Origin: an uncultured Acidimicrobiales bacterium
GTDB taxonomy: Bacteria > Actinomycetota > Acidimicrobiia > Acidimicrobiales > SZUA-35
DNA length: 64,000 nt
Direction: 5' to 3'
Assembly (NCBI GenBank): GCA_963715325.1
Contig: CAVQRR010000013.1
Coordinates: forward strand, 113,642-177,641
How positions within the stretch are numbered: the stretch's first letter is position 1; each line of letters starts with the position of its first letter. A model generated the notes under the pieces. That model had not been told where the DNA came from, did no database searches, and worked only from the letters and a program-made list of their open reading frames with translations. A program made the position numbers and the translations under genes. Positions 9,913-20,300 of this stretch are shown here, piece after piece.

Positions 9913-10074
9913 GCGGCATCGGGGCGGGCCCGGCTCGGACCCACAGCGGCACCGGGGCGGACCCGGCTCGGACCCACAGCGGCATCGGGGCGGACCCGGC
10001 TCGGACCCACAGCGGCATCGGGGCGGACCCGGCTCGGACCCACAGCGGCATCGGGGCGGACCCGGCTCGGACCC
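9913..10074. repeat. 33-bp tandem repeat, about 5 copies (intergenic VNTR)
   Basis: GCGGCATCGGGGCGGACCCGGCTCGGACCCACA at 9913, 9946, 9979, 10012 and 10045, with no unique spacers. Confidence 0.95.
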
Positions 10075-10112
10075 GCCGTCTCGAAGAACGTCATGCCATA
10101 TCGAATCCGCCA

Positions 10113-12245
10113 TCAGAGACCTCGAACCTCGATGGCGGTCAGCGCCGGGAGGACCACCGATGCCAGGTTCTCCTCGACCTGGCCGACCGGCGAGACCAGC
10201 ACCACGTAGGTGGCCTGCCCATCGAGCTCGGTTTCGTACCATTCGACGGCCACCGCACCGTTGCGACCGGACCGACGCTGCCACGTGCCCGGCACCGTGT
10301 CGGCCGAGATGGGGCCGCCGGTCCCGTTGCCCAACGGTCGAGCCGAGCCGAGCTCGACATCCTGTTCGGCGGCGATGAACTCGGCCAGCACCGGACCGAG
10401 CGACCGGTCACCTGCGACCTGATAGAACTCGGTGGGATCGAGGAACGACGCCTGACGGTACTGGTCGCCCTGCAACGCACCGATCGGCCAGTCGACGGGT
10501 CGGACGGTGGTGATCTCCACCCCGAAGTCGGGTATCTGGAACGTGACCGCCTCCAGCTCCGGAGCCGATGTGGGCGGGGCCACGAACCGCAGCGGCTCCT
10601 CGGACAGGCAACGATCATCGGGGCGATCGGCGGGACGGTCGAGAAAGGCGACCACGATCGAAATGCCGCAGGCACCGCCGGAGACACCGTGGGAGGCGTA
10701 GGGCCCGACCACCAGCTGCGACCGGCCGAGGGTGGTTGCGGCCCGCTCGGCCCACTCGACCGGGGTCACCGGATCGTAGACCCCGGCCAGCAGCAGCGTC
10801 GGCACGTCGCTGGTGACCGGTTGGTTCGAGAGCTCGGGGGCCGTGCCGCTGTCGAACGCCTCGCAGGTGCCGAACGCCAGGTTCCCGGTGTTGGAGGCGA
10901 AGTCGAAGTCGTCCCCGAGACCGAAAGGGTCAGCAGGCAGAGCGGCCGCCACCTCGCTGCGATCAGCAAAGCTGACCTCCTCGTTGCAGGCGATGGCGAA
11001 GAACATGCCGTTGCTGAAGAACCGCTCGGTGGTGCGATCCTGGCTGAGGAAGGTGGAGACGGCGGCGGTTTCACCCCGCTCCAACTCGGCGACCAGCTCC
11101 GGGAGGTCGGTGAACTGGGACGGCGTGTACAGGGACCCGACGATGATCTCGACGATGGTCTCGCCGGTGACGAAGACGTCGTCCCGCTCGTCGGCGATCC
11201 AATCACGGACTTCGACCTCCACCGGGTCGGCCTCGTAGCGGGCAACCAGCGCCCGGACCCGATCGGCCAGGTCACCGTCGGCCCCGCATGCCGGTTCGTC
11301 GGCACAGGCGGCGATCACCGCTTCGTAGCTGGCCACAAAGGTCGACGGGTTCTCGAGCACCGAGTCGACCTGGGGCGGGTACACCGAGTCGAGCACCGCC
11401 GCTCTGATCGCCCCGGGATGGCGGCGCAACACCTCGAGCCCGAGCTTGGTGCCGTAGGAGATGCCGAACAGGTTCCAACGCCGGTAGCCGAGGGCGATGC
11501 GGATCGCCTCCACGTCGTGGGCGTTGCTGATCGAGTTGTAGTCGGTGAGGTCGATCCCGGCGTCGACCAGCCGCTGCCGACACCGGCCGAGGGCGGCACG
11601 GAACGCCACCGTCGCCTCGTCGTCGTCGAGAGCCGGGTCGTCCTCGACCCTCCGGTTGACCGATGCCGTCTCCGGGCAGTCGAGGTGGGGGGTCGATCGG
11701 CCGGCGCCTCGCTGATCGAAGAACACCACGTCGCCTCTGGCCAACAACGGTTCCAGGAACTCCTCCACCGAGAACTCGATGGTGTCGAGGGCATGGGAGC
11801 CGGGGCCGCCGTCGAGGTAGATCACCGGATCGTCGGCTGGTGCCTCGGTGGTGGAGGCGAAGACCGCAACCGCCAGCTCGACCTCGCCCTCGGCCCGATC
11901 CCAGTCCATGGGGACCGCCACGATCCCGCAACGGGGGCTGTAGCCCTCGGGCGGTTGGAATCGACAGGGTCCCGGTACGAACTCGGCGTCGATCACGGGG
12001 CTGTCCGGTACCGCGGCCCCTCCGTCCGAAGAGCGACCGGTGCCATCCGAACCGTCGGCGGAACCGCCACCGGCCACCTCGTCCAGCGATTCTGACCCGA
12101 CGGTCGGCGCCGAGCCATCGCCTGCACCGTCGGAACCTCCAGCGCTGTCGACGTCGCCGCTGATGCAGCCCGCCATGAGCGCACAGCAGCCGACGACGAC
12201 GGCGAGCAGCCAGGCCGATCGGCCGACGCGGCGATGGTGAACCAA
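10113..12245 (-). CDS. Secreted/lipoprotein alpha/beta hydrolase (TAP-like peptidase)
   Basis: Lipobox LMAGC, oxyanion DGGPG, FDQRG, nucleophile GISYG, DPVTP and His in ASHG. Confidence 0.88.
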   Translation of the reverse strand: MVHHRRVGRSAWLLAVVVGCCALMAGCISGDVDSAGGSDGAGDGSAPTVGSESLDEVAGGGSADGSDGTGRSSDGGAAVPDSPVIDAEFVPGPCRFQPPEGYSPRCGIVAVPMDWDRAEGEVELAVAVFASTTEAPADDPVIYLDGGPGSHALDTIEFSVEEFLEPLLARGDVVFFDQRGAGRSTPHLDCPETASVNRRVEDDPALDDDEATVAFRAALGRCRQRLVDAGIDLTDYNSISNAHDVEAIRIALGYRRWNLFGISYGTKLGLEVLRRHPGAIRAAVLDSVYPPQVDSVLENPSTFVASYEAVIAACADEPACGADGDLADRVRALVARYEADPVEVEVRDWIADERDDVFVTGETIVEIIVGSLYTPSQFTDLPELVAELERGETAAVSTFLSQDRTTERFFSNGMFFAIACNEEVSFADRSEVAAALPADPFGLGDDFDFASNTGNLAFGTCEAFDSGTAPELSNQPVTSDVPTLLLAGVYDPVTPVEWAERAATTLGRSQLVVGPYASHGVSGGACGISIVVAFLDRPADRPDDRCLSEEPLRFVAPPTSAPELEAVTFQIPDFGVEITTVRPVDWPIGALQGDQYRQASFLDPTEFYQVAGDRSLGPVLAEFIAAEQDVELGSARPLGNGTGGPISADTVPGTWQRRSGRNGAVAVEWYETELDGQATYVVLVSPVGQVEENLASVVLPALTAIEVRGL

Positions 12246-12251
12246 GTCCGG

Positions 12252-12827
12252 CTATCTCTCGCCGGTGGTCCGTAGGGCGCCGCGGCCGTCGGTTGCGTAC
12301 TGCATGCCGGTCACGAGGGTGAACCCCACGGCGATCCAGAGCAACCCATCGGCAACCCACAGCGCGTCGTCGAGGGCCGGACACATGGCGGCCGCCAGTG
12401 CCACCCCCTGGACCAGCGTCTTGTACTTCGCGGAACGGCGAGCGGGAATGGCAAGCCCCCGACGCCCCCAGTGACTGCGGTAGATGATGATCGCCACCTC
12501 GCGAACGGCGATGATCGTGACCGGCACCCAGCCGAAGCGGTCGACCCAGACCAGGGCGTAGCCGACCAACAGGACGACGACCTTGTCGGCCAAGGGGTCG
12601 AGAAATGCACCGACCCTGGTCGGCGCGGCCCGCCTGGCCAGTTGGCCGTCGAGGTAGTCCGTGGCGCCGAGGAACCAGCCGAACCAGAACGTCAGCCACC
12701 ACGGGTTCTTGGCCAGGACCAGCAACGCCAGAACCGGGGCCGACGTGATCCGCAGAACGGTCAGCGAGTTGGCCGCCCGCGACCAACGGGAGGTACCGAT
12801 GAAGCTGACTTCGGCGGCCGAGTTCAC
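12252..12827 (-). CDS. pgsA: CDP-alcohol phosphatidyltransferase (PGP synthase-like)
   Basis: ANSLTVLR and TDYLDGQLARR...GAFLDPLADK; rimO-pgsA-cinA synteny. Confidence 0.9.
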   Translation of the reverse strand: MNSAAEVSFIGTSRWSRAANSLTVLRITSAPVLALLVLAKNPWWLTFWFGWFLGATDYLDGQLARRAAPTRVGAFLDPLADKVVVLLVGYALVWVDRFGWVPVTIIAVREVAIIIYRSHWGRRGLAIPARRSAKYKTLVQGVALAAAMCPALDDALWVADGLLWIAVGFTLVTGMQYATDGRGALRTTGER

Positions 12828-14194
12828 ACCGGTGCCACCGTCGGTTCCGGAGGGGCCAAAGGGGGTTCTCCGGACGTGTCGGACCGGCCGACCGGAACCT
12901 GCGGTACAGCCTCAGGGAGCCCAGCGGCGATCGGCCACTCGTTGGCGGCCACCGCAACCAGATCCGGACCCTCGGCGCCGACCACCTCCACGGTGGCGAA
13001 TCGACCGACCGGCAGGACGTCCGGCACCGTGATGATGCCGTCGATCTCCGGCGCCTCGGCAGGCGACCGGGCGATCCCGGGCCGATCGACCAGTACCGGC
13101 AGCCGACGCCCGATCATGGCGTCCCGCTTCTCGGCGGTGATCCGATCCTGGAGGGCTCGCAGCTCGGCCAATCGTTCGTCGCGCAGCGTTGCGGGAACCT
13201 TGCCGTCGAGGCCGGCCCCGTAGGTCCCCTCCTCCTCCGAGTAGGCGAAGAAGCCGCACCAGTCGAGCCTGGCCTCCTCGACGAAGGACAGCAGTCGATC
13301 GTGGTCCTGCTCGGTCTCGCCGGGATAGCCGACGATGAAGTTCGATCGGAACGTGGCGGCCGGCTCCCGACCGCGTATGTCCTCGATCCGGTCGATGAAC
13401 TGCTCCCCGCTCCCCCATCGGCGCATGGCTCGCAGCAGCGGCCGCGACACGTGCTGGAGCGAGAGATCGAAATAGGGCACACCGGATCGGCACACCGTGT
13501 CGATCAGTTCGTCGTTGAGGTCCGACGGGTAGAGGTACAGCAACCGCACCCAGCTGACCCGTTGCGCCACCTGCTCGATCAGGGGCACGATCCTGCGGCT
13601 CCCCCGGCCCTGGTCGCGACCGTAGGCCGCCAGGTCCTGAGCGACCAGCACGACCTCCTGCACCTCCAGCCGATCGACCTCGTCGAGGATCGACTCGATG
13701 GAGCGGGACCGCTGCTTGCCCCTGAAGCTCGGGATGGCGCAGAAGCCGCAGTTCCGGTCACAGCCCTCGGCAATCTTCACATAGGCCCACGGCACAGCCG
13801 AGACCGGCCGTGGCAACTCCAGCAGATCGAATCGCGACCGGCGGGACGCCGACCCGGACCGGGTCGACCCGAGGCTCACCGGAACCCCGAACGGCGCCAC
13901 ACGGTCGATCTCCGGCAGCGCCTCGGCCAGCTCGTCGCCATGACGTTCCGCCAGGCAACCGGTCACGACCAGTTCGGCGTCGGGCCGTCTGGCCTGCTCC
14001 AGCTCGAGAATGGTGTCGATCGACTCCTGACGAGCCTGTTCGATGAAGGCGCACGTATTGACAACCACCAGGTCTGCATCCTCGAGGCGAGTGGCGGGCG
14101 CCATGCCGTCTGCCACCATCGTTCCGACCAGCTTGTCGGAGTCGACCTGGTTCTTCGGGCACCCCAAAGTCTCGATCCAGTACAGCTCAGCCAC
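12824..14194 (-). CDS. rimO: Ribosomal protein S12 methylthiotransferase
   Basis: LGCPKNQVDS, VNTCAFI, radical-SAM CDRNCGFC and APEIDG TRAM domain. Confidence 0.96.
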   Translation of the reverse strand: MAELYWIETLGCPKNQVDSDKLVGTMVADGMAPATRLEDADLVVVNTCAFIEQARQESIDTILELEQARRPDAELVVTGCLAERHGDELAEALPEIDRVAPFGVPVSLGSTRSGSASRRSRFDLLELPRPVSAVPWAYVKIAEGCDRNCGFCAIPSFRGKQRSRSIESILDEVDRLEVQEVVLVAQDLAAYGRDQGRGSRRIVPLIEQVAQRVSWVRLLYLYPSDLNDELIDTVCRSGVPYFDLSLQHVSRPLLRAMRRWGSGEQFIDRIEDIRGREPAATFRSNFIVGYPGETEQDHDRLLSFVEEARLDWCGFFAYSEEEGTYGAGLDGKVPATLRDERLAELRALQDRITAEKRDAMIGRRLPVLVDRPGIARSPAEAPEIDGIITVPDVLPVGRFATVEVVGAEGPDLVAVAANEWPIAAGLPEAVPQVPVGRSDTSGEPPLAPPEPTVAPV

Positions 14195-14735
14195 CCTCCC
14201 AGGGTACAGAGCGATCACCGGTCACGGCGGCCGCCCGACGCCGTTCGAGCCTGGTGAGGAAGATCATGACCAAGCCGATGAGGCACAACAGGAACACCAC
14301 CGCCGACACGATGGAGACCGTGCTGGTCGTGTTGTCGGGAAGGTCGGGGGCGCCGAGCCTGGCGGGTTGCGTGGCGTCGGGTTGGTAGGTGAAGAAGTAG
14401 GCGGCCTCGGTGTCGTCGCCGTCGGCCGAGTCCATCGTGTAGCGGACGATGTACCGCCCGGTCTCGGTCAGTGGCGGCATCTCGAATCGGATGATCTGAC
14501 CATCGGCCTGGACCATCGAACCGACAATGGATTCGCCGTTCGGATCCTCCACCGTGACCACCGCGTTGCTGACCGGTTCGAAGAACACCAGATCGACGAA
14601 GTCGACGGTACCGCCGGCCCGTTGGGCGGGCCCGGGCGACCCCTGGAGCAGATCGGTGTGGGCCCCGGCCGCGCTGACCGAGCCGAGCCACAAGATCAAC
14701 AGCAAGGTTCCGCCGATGCCCCGGCGGACCATCAT
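14187..14735 (-). CDS. Copper resistance CopC-family protein with C-terminal TM anchor
   Basis: Signal peptide ending AGA-H (His1 of the mature protein), HTDLLQGSP, SADGD (DGH-like motif with His replaced) and a C-terminal TM helix. Confidence 0.75.
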   Translation of the reverse strand: MMVRRGIGGTLLLILWLGSVSAAGAHTDLLQGSPGPAQRAGGTVDFVDLVFFEPVSNAVVTVEDPNGESIVGSMVQADGQIIRFEMPPLTETGRYIVRYTMDSADGDDTEAAYFFTYQPDATQPARLGAPDLPDNTTSTVSIVSAVVFLLCLIGLVMIFLTRLERRRAAAVTGDRSVPWEGG

Positions 14736-15682
14736 GGCCAGCTGCGCTCGAAGGCCAGCGGTAGGCCGCCGATCTCCCATCGCCGCGACACCAGGCGTCC
14801 GGTCCCCGACAGGGTGACGAACGCCGTCTGCAGATCCGGGCCCCCGAAGCAGATGTTGGTCGTCACCGGATCGTCGAACGCAACGTGGCGGTAGGCGCCA
14901 TCGGGAGTGATGATGGTGATGCCACCATTGCGGATGGTTGCCACGCAGATATTGCCCAATGAGTCGACGGCCAGCGAATCGAACAGCGGGCCACCTTCGG
15001 GGTCGGCCAACACCGTCCCCCGATGTTCGGGGCCGAAATAGCCGGCGATCTCGCCAGCGCCGGACAGGGGCCATTGATAGAGCCGTCCCTGGTGGGTCTC
15101 GGCCACGTAGAGCATGTCCTCGTCGGGCGACAGGCCGACCCCGTTCGGAGCATCGAGGGGATACACCACTTCGGTGATCTGCGAGCCGTCGGCCTTTGCG
15201 TAGTACAGGCCGCCACGATCTCGCTGGCGCGGCCGCTCCTTGCCGTGGTCGGTGAACCAGAACCCGCCGGCGGAGTCGAACACCAGATCGTTCGGCCCCC
15301 GCAACATGATCCCGCCGACCTCGTCGTATAGGACATCGACCTCGCCGGTCTCGACGTCGACCCGCTGGATCTTGCCGCCGGTGTAGTTGTCCGGCTGGTG
15401 GCCGGGCACGGTCATGCCATTGACCTCATGCCACACGAAGCCACCGTTGTTGCAGACGTAGATCTTGCCGTCGGGCCCCACCGCAGCCCCGTTCGGTCCG
15501 CCCCGCAAGTCGGCGACGACTTCGACGTCGCCTTCGGGGGAGACCCTGGTCAGGGTGCCGCGAGCGATCTCCACCAGGAGGATCGAGCCATCGGTCAACC
15601 AGATCGGGCCTTCGGGGAAGCGGAGATCGCTGGCCAGCACCGTCGTTTCGATCGCTGCTGCTTGCTTCGACTTTGGCAACAT
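14732..15682 (-). CDS. SMP-30/gluconolactonase/LRE family protein
   Basis: FPEGP, GPNG, GPNDLVFD, PNGVGLSPD, FDSLAVD and TTNICFGG beta-propeller motifs. Confidence 0.9.
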   Translation of the reverse strand: MLPKSKQAAAIETTVLASDLRFPEGPIWLTDGSILLVEIARGTLTRVSPEGDVEVVADLRGGPNGAAVGPDGKIYVCNNGGFVWHEVNGMTVPGHQPDNYTGGKIQRVDVETGEVDVLYDEVGGIMLRGPNDLVFDSAGGFWFTDHGKERPRQRDRGGLYYAKADGSQITEVVYPLDAPNGVGLSPDEDMLYVAETHQGRLYQWPLSGAGEIAGYFGPEHRGTVLADPEGGPLFDSLAVDSLGNICVATIRNGGITIITPDGAYRHVAFDDPVTTNICFGGPDLQTAFVTLSGTGRLVSRRWEIGGLPLAFERSWP

Positions 15683-15695
15683 GAGCTCCAGTCTC

Positions 15696-16889
15696 TCAAA
15701 CTCGCAGGGCGAGTCGGTGGTCGGGGCTGATCGGCGAACTCAACCATCGGCCATCGGTGGCCGCCTCATAGAGGATACGCAACGAACACCAGGCGGGTAA
15801 TCGGCGAGGACGATTGGCGACTACACAGCGAATGATGGACCGTCGGGGGGCCAAAGTCGAGTCGATCCGCGCTCTGGTGGTCGATGGTGGTGCAGACATG
15901 GTGGTCAACGGCCAATCGTCGTCCGCCGCCGCCGTCGAATCGCCGGCCATCAACGCCACCGAGACCACCCAGGCGGTGATCAGGAACACCGCTTCCAATC
16001 GATGGACCCGCTTTCTGGTCACCATGAACGCCCAGGCGGAGAAGGCCACGAACGCCATCCCGATGACACCGACGGTGGCCAGGCCACGGTCGTTGATCGG
16101 CCCGGCACCGATCGTGGCGATGGCCCCTCCGACCGCCAGGCTGTTGAACAGGTTGCTCCCCAGCAGGTTGCCCAGTATCAACTCGGTCTCGCCCTTGCGG
16201 GCCGCCACCACCGCTGTCACCAACTCCGGCAACGAGGTGCCGACCGCCACCAGGGTGAACCCGACAAGTCCACCGGTGATGCCCAACTCGTCGGCCAGGG
16301 CAACCGCTCCCCACACCAGGAACTGGGCACCCAGCACCGTCCCGACCAGTCCGACCAGGGTCCGAAGCAGTTGGCTGGACGTCGAGCCCCCGCCGTCGAG
16401 GTGAATGTTGGCCGTCACCGGCGTCCGACCGCCGACGATGATCCAGGTCAGGGCCAGGGCCAAGGCCGCCAGCAGAACGAAACCCTCCCATCTGGCCAGG
16501 CCGTCGATGGTGAAGAACGCGAAGAGCAGGACACTGAGCAACGACAGCGGGGCCTCCCTGGCGAGAATCCCGGGGGTGACGAAGAGCGGCACGATGAACG
16601 CCGCAGCGCCCAGGACCAGGGTCAGGTTTGCCACGTTGCTGCCCACGACGTTGCCGACACCGAGGTCGAGGTCGCCGTTGGAGGAGGCGATACCGGAAAC
16701 CAACAACTCGGGGGTGCTGGTACCGAAGCCGACGATGACCGCTCCGATAACCACCGGCGAGACCCGGAGTGCGTTGGCCACGTTTGCCGCACCTTCGACG
16801 AACTCGTCGGCCGCCCTGGCCAGGAAGACAATCCCGACCGCAACCTCGATGAGGGCGACCGGCAGGCTGGGCTCGGTGAGGAACTCCAC
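15696..16889 (-). CDS. Calcium/sodium antiporter (YrbG-like)
   Basis: Two alpha repeats, GTSTPE..GNVVGSN and GTSLPE..GNLLGSN. The last ~80 aa look non-homologous. Confidence 0.9.
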   Translation of the reverse strand: MEFLTEPSLPVALIEVAVGIVFLARAADEFVEGAANVANALRVSPVVIGAVIVGFGTSTPELLVSGIASSNGDLDLGVGNVVGSNVANLTLVLGAAAFIVPLFVTPGILAREAPLSLLSVLLFAFFTIDGLARWEGFVLLAALALALTWIIVGGRTPVTANIHLDGGGSTSSQLLRTLVGLVGTVLGAQFLVWGAVALADELGITGGLVGFTLVAVGTSLPELVTAVVAARKGETELILGNLLGSNLFNSLAVGGAIATIGAGPINDRGLATVGVIGMAFVAFSAWAFMVTRKRVHRLEAVFLITAWVVSVALMAGDSTAAADDDWPLTTMSAPPSTTRARIDSTLAPRRSIIRCVVANRPRRLPAWCSLRILYEAATDGRWLSSPISPDHRLALRV

Positions 16890-16958
16890 CGTGGGAGGTT
16901 ACAGGCCTCGGCCGACTGCAAGACCGAACACTGCAAGACCGAACACCCTCGCCCTGAG

Positions 16959-17342
16959 ATGATCACCGCCTTCCTCAGCGGCGAGTCGTACTAGGCGGCC
17001 GGGCGGCCGGCCGATGTCATACGAACCTCGATCGACAACAGCCTGGCCTTCGGGCTGTTGGCCCCGGACGGCACCCAGGTCGGGCTCACCAGGGTGCCGA
17101 CCGACGGGGCCACATTCGGTTGGGTGTGCGACGTGTCCGTGCTCGGCGACCACCGGGGCAACGGGCTGGGTAAGGCGATGCTGGGCGCTGTGCTCGAGCA
17201 CCCCGATGTGGCCCCCGTCCGTCGCCTGTTGTCGGCAACGGCCGACGCCCACCGCCTGTACCGGCAACATGGCCTCACATCGCTGGACCACCCGGATCGA
17301 TGGATGGAGCGGCGGTCCCCGGCGTTCGACCTCCCCGGCTGA
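16959..17342 (+). pseudogene. GNAT N-acetyltransferase with in-frame TAG (probable pseudogene)
   Basis: One frame reads MITAFLSGESY*AAGRPADVIRTSIDNSLAFGL...RGNGLGK...ADAHRLY. TAG at 16992-94 falls where this family has Trp (ESYWA). Confidence 0.75.
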
Positions 17343-17374
17343 CCTGAGCAGCCCCCGAACCTTTGCTGCGGGCG

Positions 17375-20300
17375 TCAGTCGGGGGACCGGTACCCGGGGG
17401 GTGGCGCCAAGGCGGGGTCGAAATCCCCGGCGAAGTCCTCGTCGTCCGGGTCGTCGTCCAGCTCATCCTCATCGCCGAGATGGTCCCCATCACCGATGCC
17501 ACCTCCACCCTGGAGGTGATCGGTGCCGGTCCCGCCGTCGTCCTCGGCGTCGATGTCGAACGGCATCGGATCGGGCTCGAAGGCATCGGGATCGAGGTCC
17601 TCCACCACCCGCAGGTTCGGCACCGAGACCGGCGGCTCCTCGATTCCCGTACCGGTGTCCGGCGTCGCCGCGGTGCCCGGGTCCCGTTCGGACGCACGGG
17701 TCTTCTCGATGCCGAGCTGGGGGTCGGGACCGAGGTTCGGATCGAGCTTGGTGGGGTCGACCCCGGGAACCCGACCGGCAATCGTGGGAGCCGGTTTCGG
17801 TCGCCGCTCCGGGATCCGGACCGGCTCCGGATTGGGTATGTCGGCCAGGGTCTTGCGCCGTTGCTTCGGTTTCGGATCCACCGGCCCCGGTTGCGTCGCT
17901 GTGGCGTCCGGCCCGTCCTGGTTCGAACCGGGTTGTGCTCGGGGGGGCGGATCCTGGCGGGTCGGCAGGGCCGGGGAGGACAGCGCCGGCTGGCTCCCGT
18001 GACTCGGCGACGGGCGCGGCGCAGCCACACCACCGGACAGACCGCCACCGCGGGCACCGGAGGCGGCGGGCGGGGCGGCACCTGGCCACCGGCCGGCGTC
18101 CAGGTCATCGGCACTCATCAGGACTTCCCTGGCCTTGGAACCGACCGAAGGTCCAACCACTCCCCGCTCCTCCAACAGATCCATCAACCGGCCGGCTCTG
18201 GCGAACCCGACCCGCAACTTGCGCTGGAGCATCGAGGTCGATCCGAGCTGGGACCGCACGATCAGCTCCATGGCCTGCAACAGCAGATCGTCGTCGCCCT
18301 CATCGCCGGTGGAGCCGCCGGGGATGAAGTCGGACGCATCACCGGCGCCGTCGTCGCCGAGGACCCGGGAGTCGTAGTGGACCTCGGGAGCCTGCTGGAT
18401 CCAGTGCTCGACGATGGCCGAGACTTCCTCTTCGGTGACCCACGCCCCCTGGAACCGGGTCGGGCTGCTGGTGGTGCCGTCGTTCAGCAGGCCGTCGCCC
18501 CGGCCGACGAGTCGCTCGGCACCGGGCTGGTCGAGAATGACCCTGCTGTCGGTGAGGCTGGACACCGCGAACGCCAATCGGGCCGGCACGTTGGCTTTGA
18601 TGAGGCCGGTGATCACGTTGGTCGACGGCCGCTGGGTGGCGATGATCAGATGGATCCCGACCGCCCTTGCCTTCTGGGCGATCCGACAGATCGATTCCTC
18701 GACGTCCCTGGCCGCGACCATCATCAGGTCGGCCAGCTCGTCCAGGACCACCACGATGTAGCTGAGCCGCTGGTACTCGGTCGATTCTCCGTCGTGGCCG
18801 ATCCTGGGGTCGAATCGACCTTCGTCGACCGCCTTGTTGTAGCCGTTGAGATCGCGGACGCCGACCTCGCTCAACAGGTCGTAGCGCCGCTCCATCTCCC
18901 GGACCGCCCAGGCCAGCGCGTTTGCCGCCTTCTTCGGGTCGGTGACCACTTCGGTGAGCAGGTGGGGCAAACGCTCGTACTGCGTCAACTCGACCCGCTT
19001 GGGGTCGACCAGGATCAACCGGACCTGATCGGGGGTCGACCGCATCAGGATCGAGGTCAGCATCGAATTGATGCAGCTCGATTTGCCGGAACCGGTCTGA
19101 CCGGCCACCAGCAGGTGGGGCATGGCCGCCAGGTTGGCCATGATCGTCTTGCCGGTGATGTCGCGGCCGAGGGTCACCTCGAGGGGGTGGACCGACTGGC
19201 TCGCCTCTTCCGAGACCAGCAGGTCACCGACGGTGATCATCTGACGGCGGACATTCGGCACCTCGACACCGATGGCCTGCTTGCCGGGGATCGGAGCCAG
19301 GATCCGGACGTCCGGGGTGGCCATGGCGTAGGCGATGTCCTTGTGGAGCGTTGTGACCCGGCTGACCTTGACCCCGGGCCCCAGCTCGAGCTCGAAGCGG
19401 CTGACGGTGGGGCCGACCACCACACCGATCAGTCTGGTCTCGACACCGTGCTCGGCCAGCGCGTGCTCAAGCTGCCTGCCGGTCTTCTCGACCGACGCCC
19501 GGTCGACGTCTTGGGCTTCGGTCCGATCCAGCAGGTCCATGGTCGGCAGGTGCCACGTTCCATGGGGCGGCTGGGGTGCGGCCACCGCCATGCCTTCGAC
19601 AACCGACGTCTGGGGCACCTCGATGACCGGCTCCGGTGCGGGCCCGTCGGCCCAGCCTCCGGTCGGCGGGACGGCGAGGCGATCGGCTGGCGGGTCGCCG
19701 TCGACCAGGGCCTCGGCGCCTGCTGCCGGCGCTTCCGGTTTGCGGAGGTCGATGTAGAGGTCATCGGCCGGGCCGTCCCCGGTCGGTGGAGCATCGCCCG
19801 GATCGTCCTCGAACATCGAAGCCAGGCCCTTCGGCCGGCGGGTGTTCTGCTTGCCGCCGGTTTGCTGGCCTCCCGCTGCGGCTGTGCGGCCAAGGCGGAG
19901 CCGCCCCGGCCGGGCGCCTCGCAACGTGGCGAACAGCATTCCGACCCGGTCGGCCAGCGAATCGGCTGCGGTCCCGAGCGACATCGACGTCAGCAGGATG
20001 GCGGCGCTGATCATCAGCACCACGGTGACGGCGATCTCGCCGACCAACCCCAGATATCGCTCGATCGTGCCGCCGAGCCAGACGCCGGTCCAGCCACCGG
20101 CACCGCTCAATTCCTCAACCGGCGACTGCCAGTGCGGCCTGCCACCGATCAGATCGAGGATGCAGAAGCCGGCGATGAACACAGCGACCCACGGTGCGGC
20201 GTTCATGGCCCGGTCGCTCAGTGGGGCCGGTTTGCGGCGAGTGCGTTTCTTGCTCCGCAGGACCATCCAGCCGCCGGCCAGGAGACACAATGGCACCAGA

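Noticed and set aside
9913-10074. CRISPR array (33-bp repeats)
   Set aside because: Units are head-to-tail with no unique spacers, and no cas genes are in the window.
16992-16994. Genome-wide amber recoding or pyrrolysine
   Set aside because: TAG terminates many conserved genes here at expected positions; a single TGG-to-TAG change is simpler.
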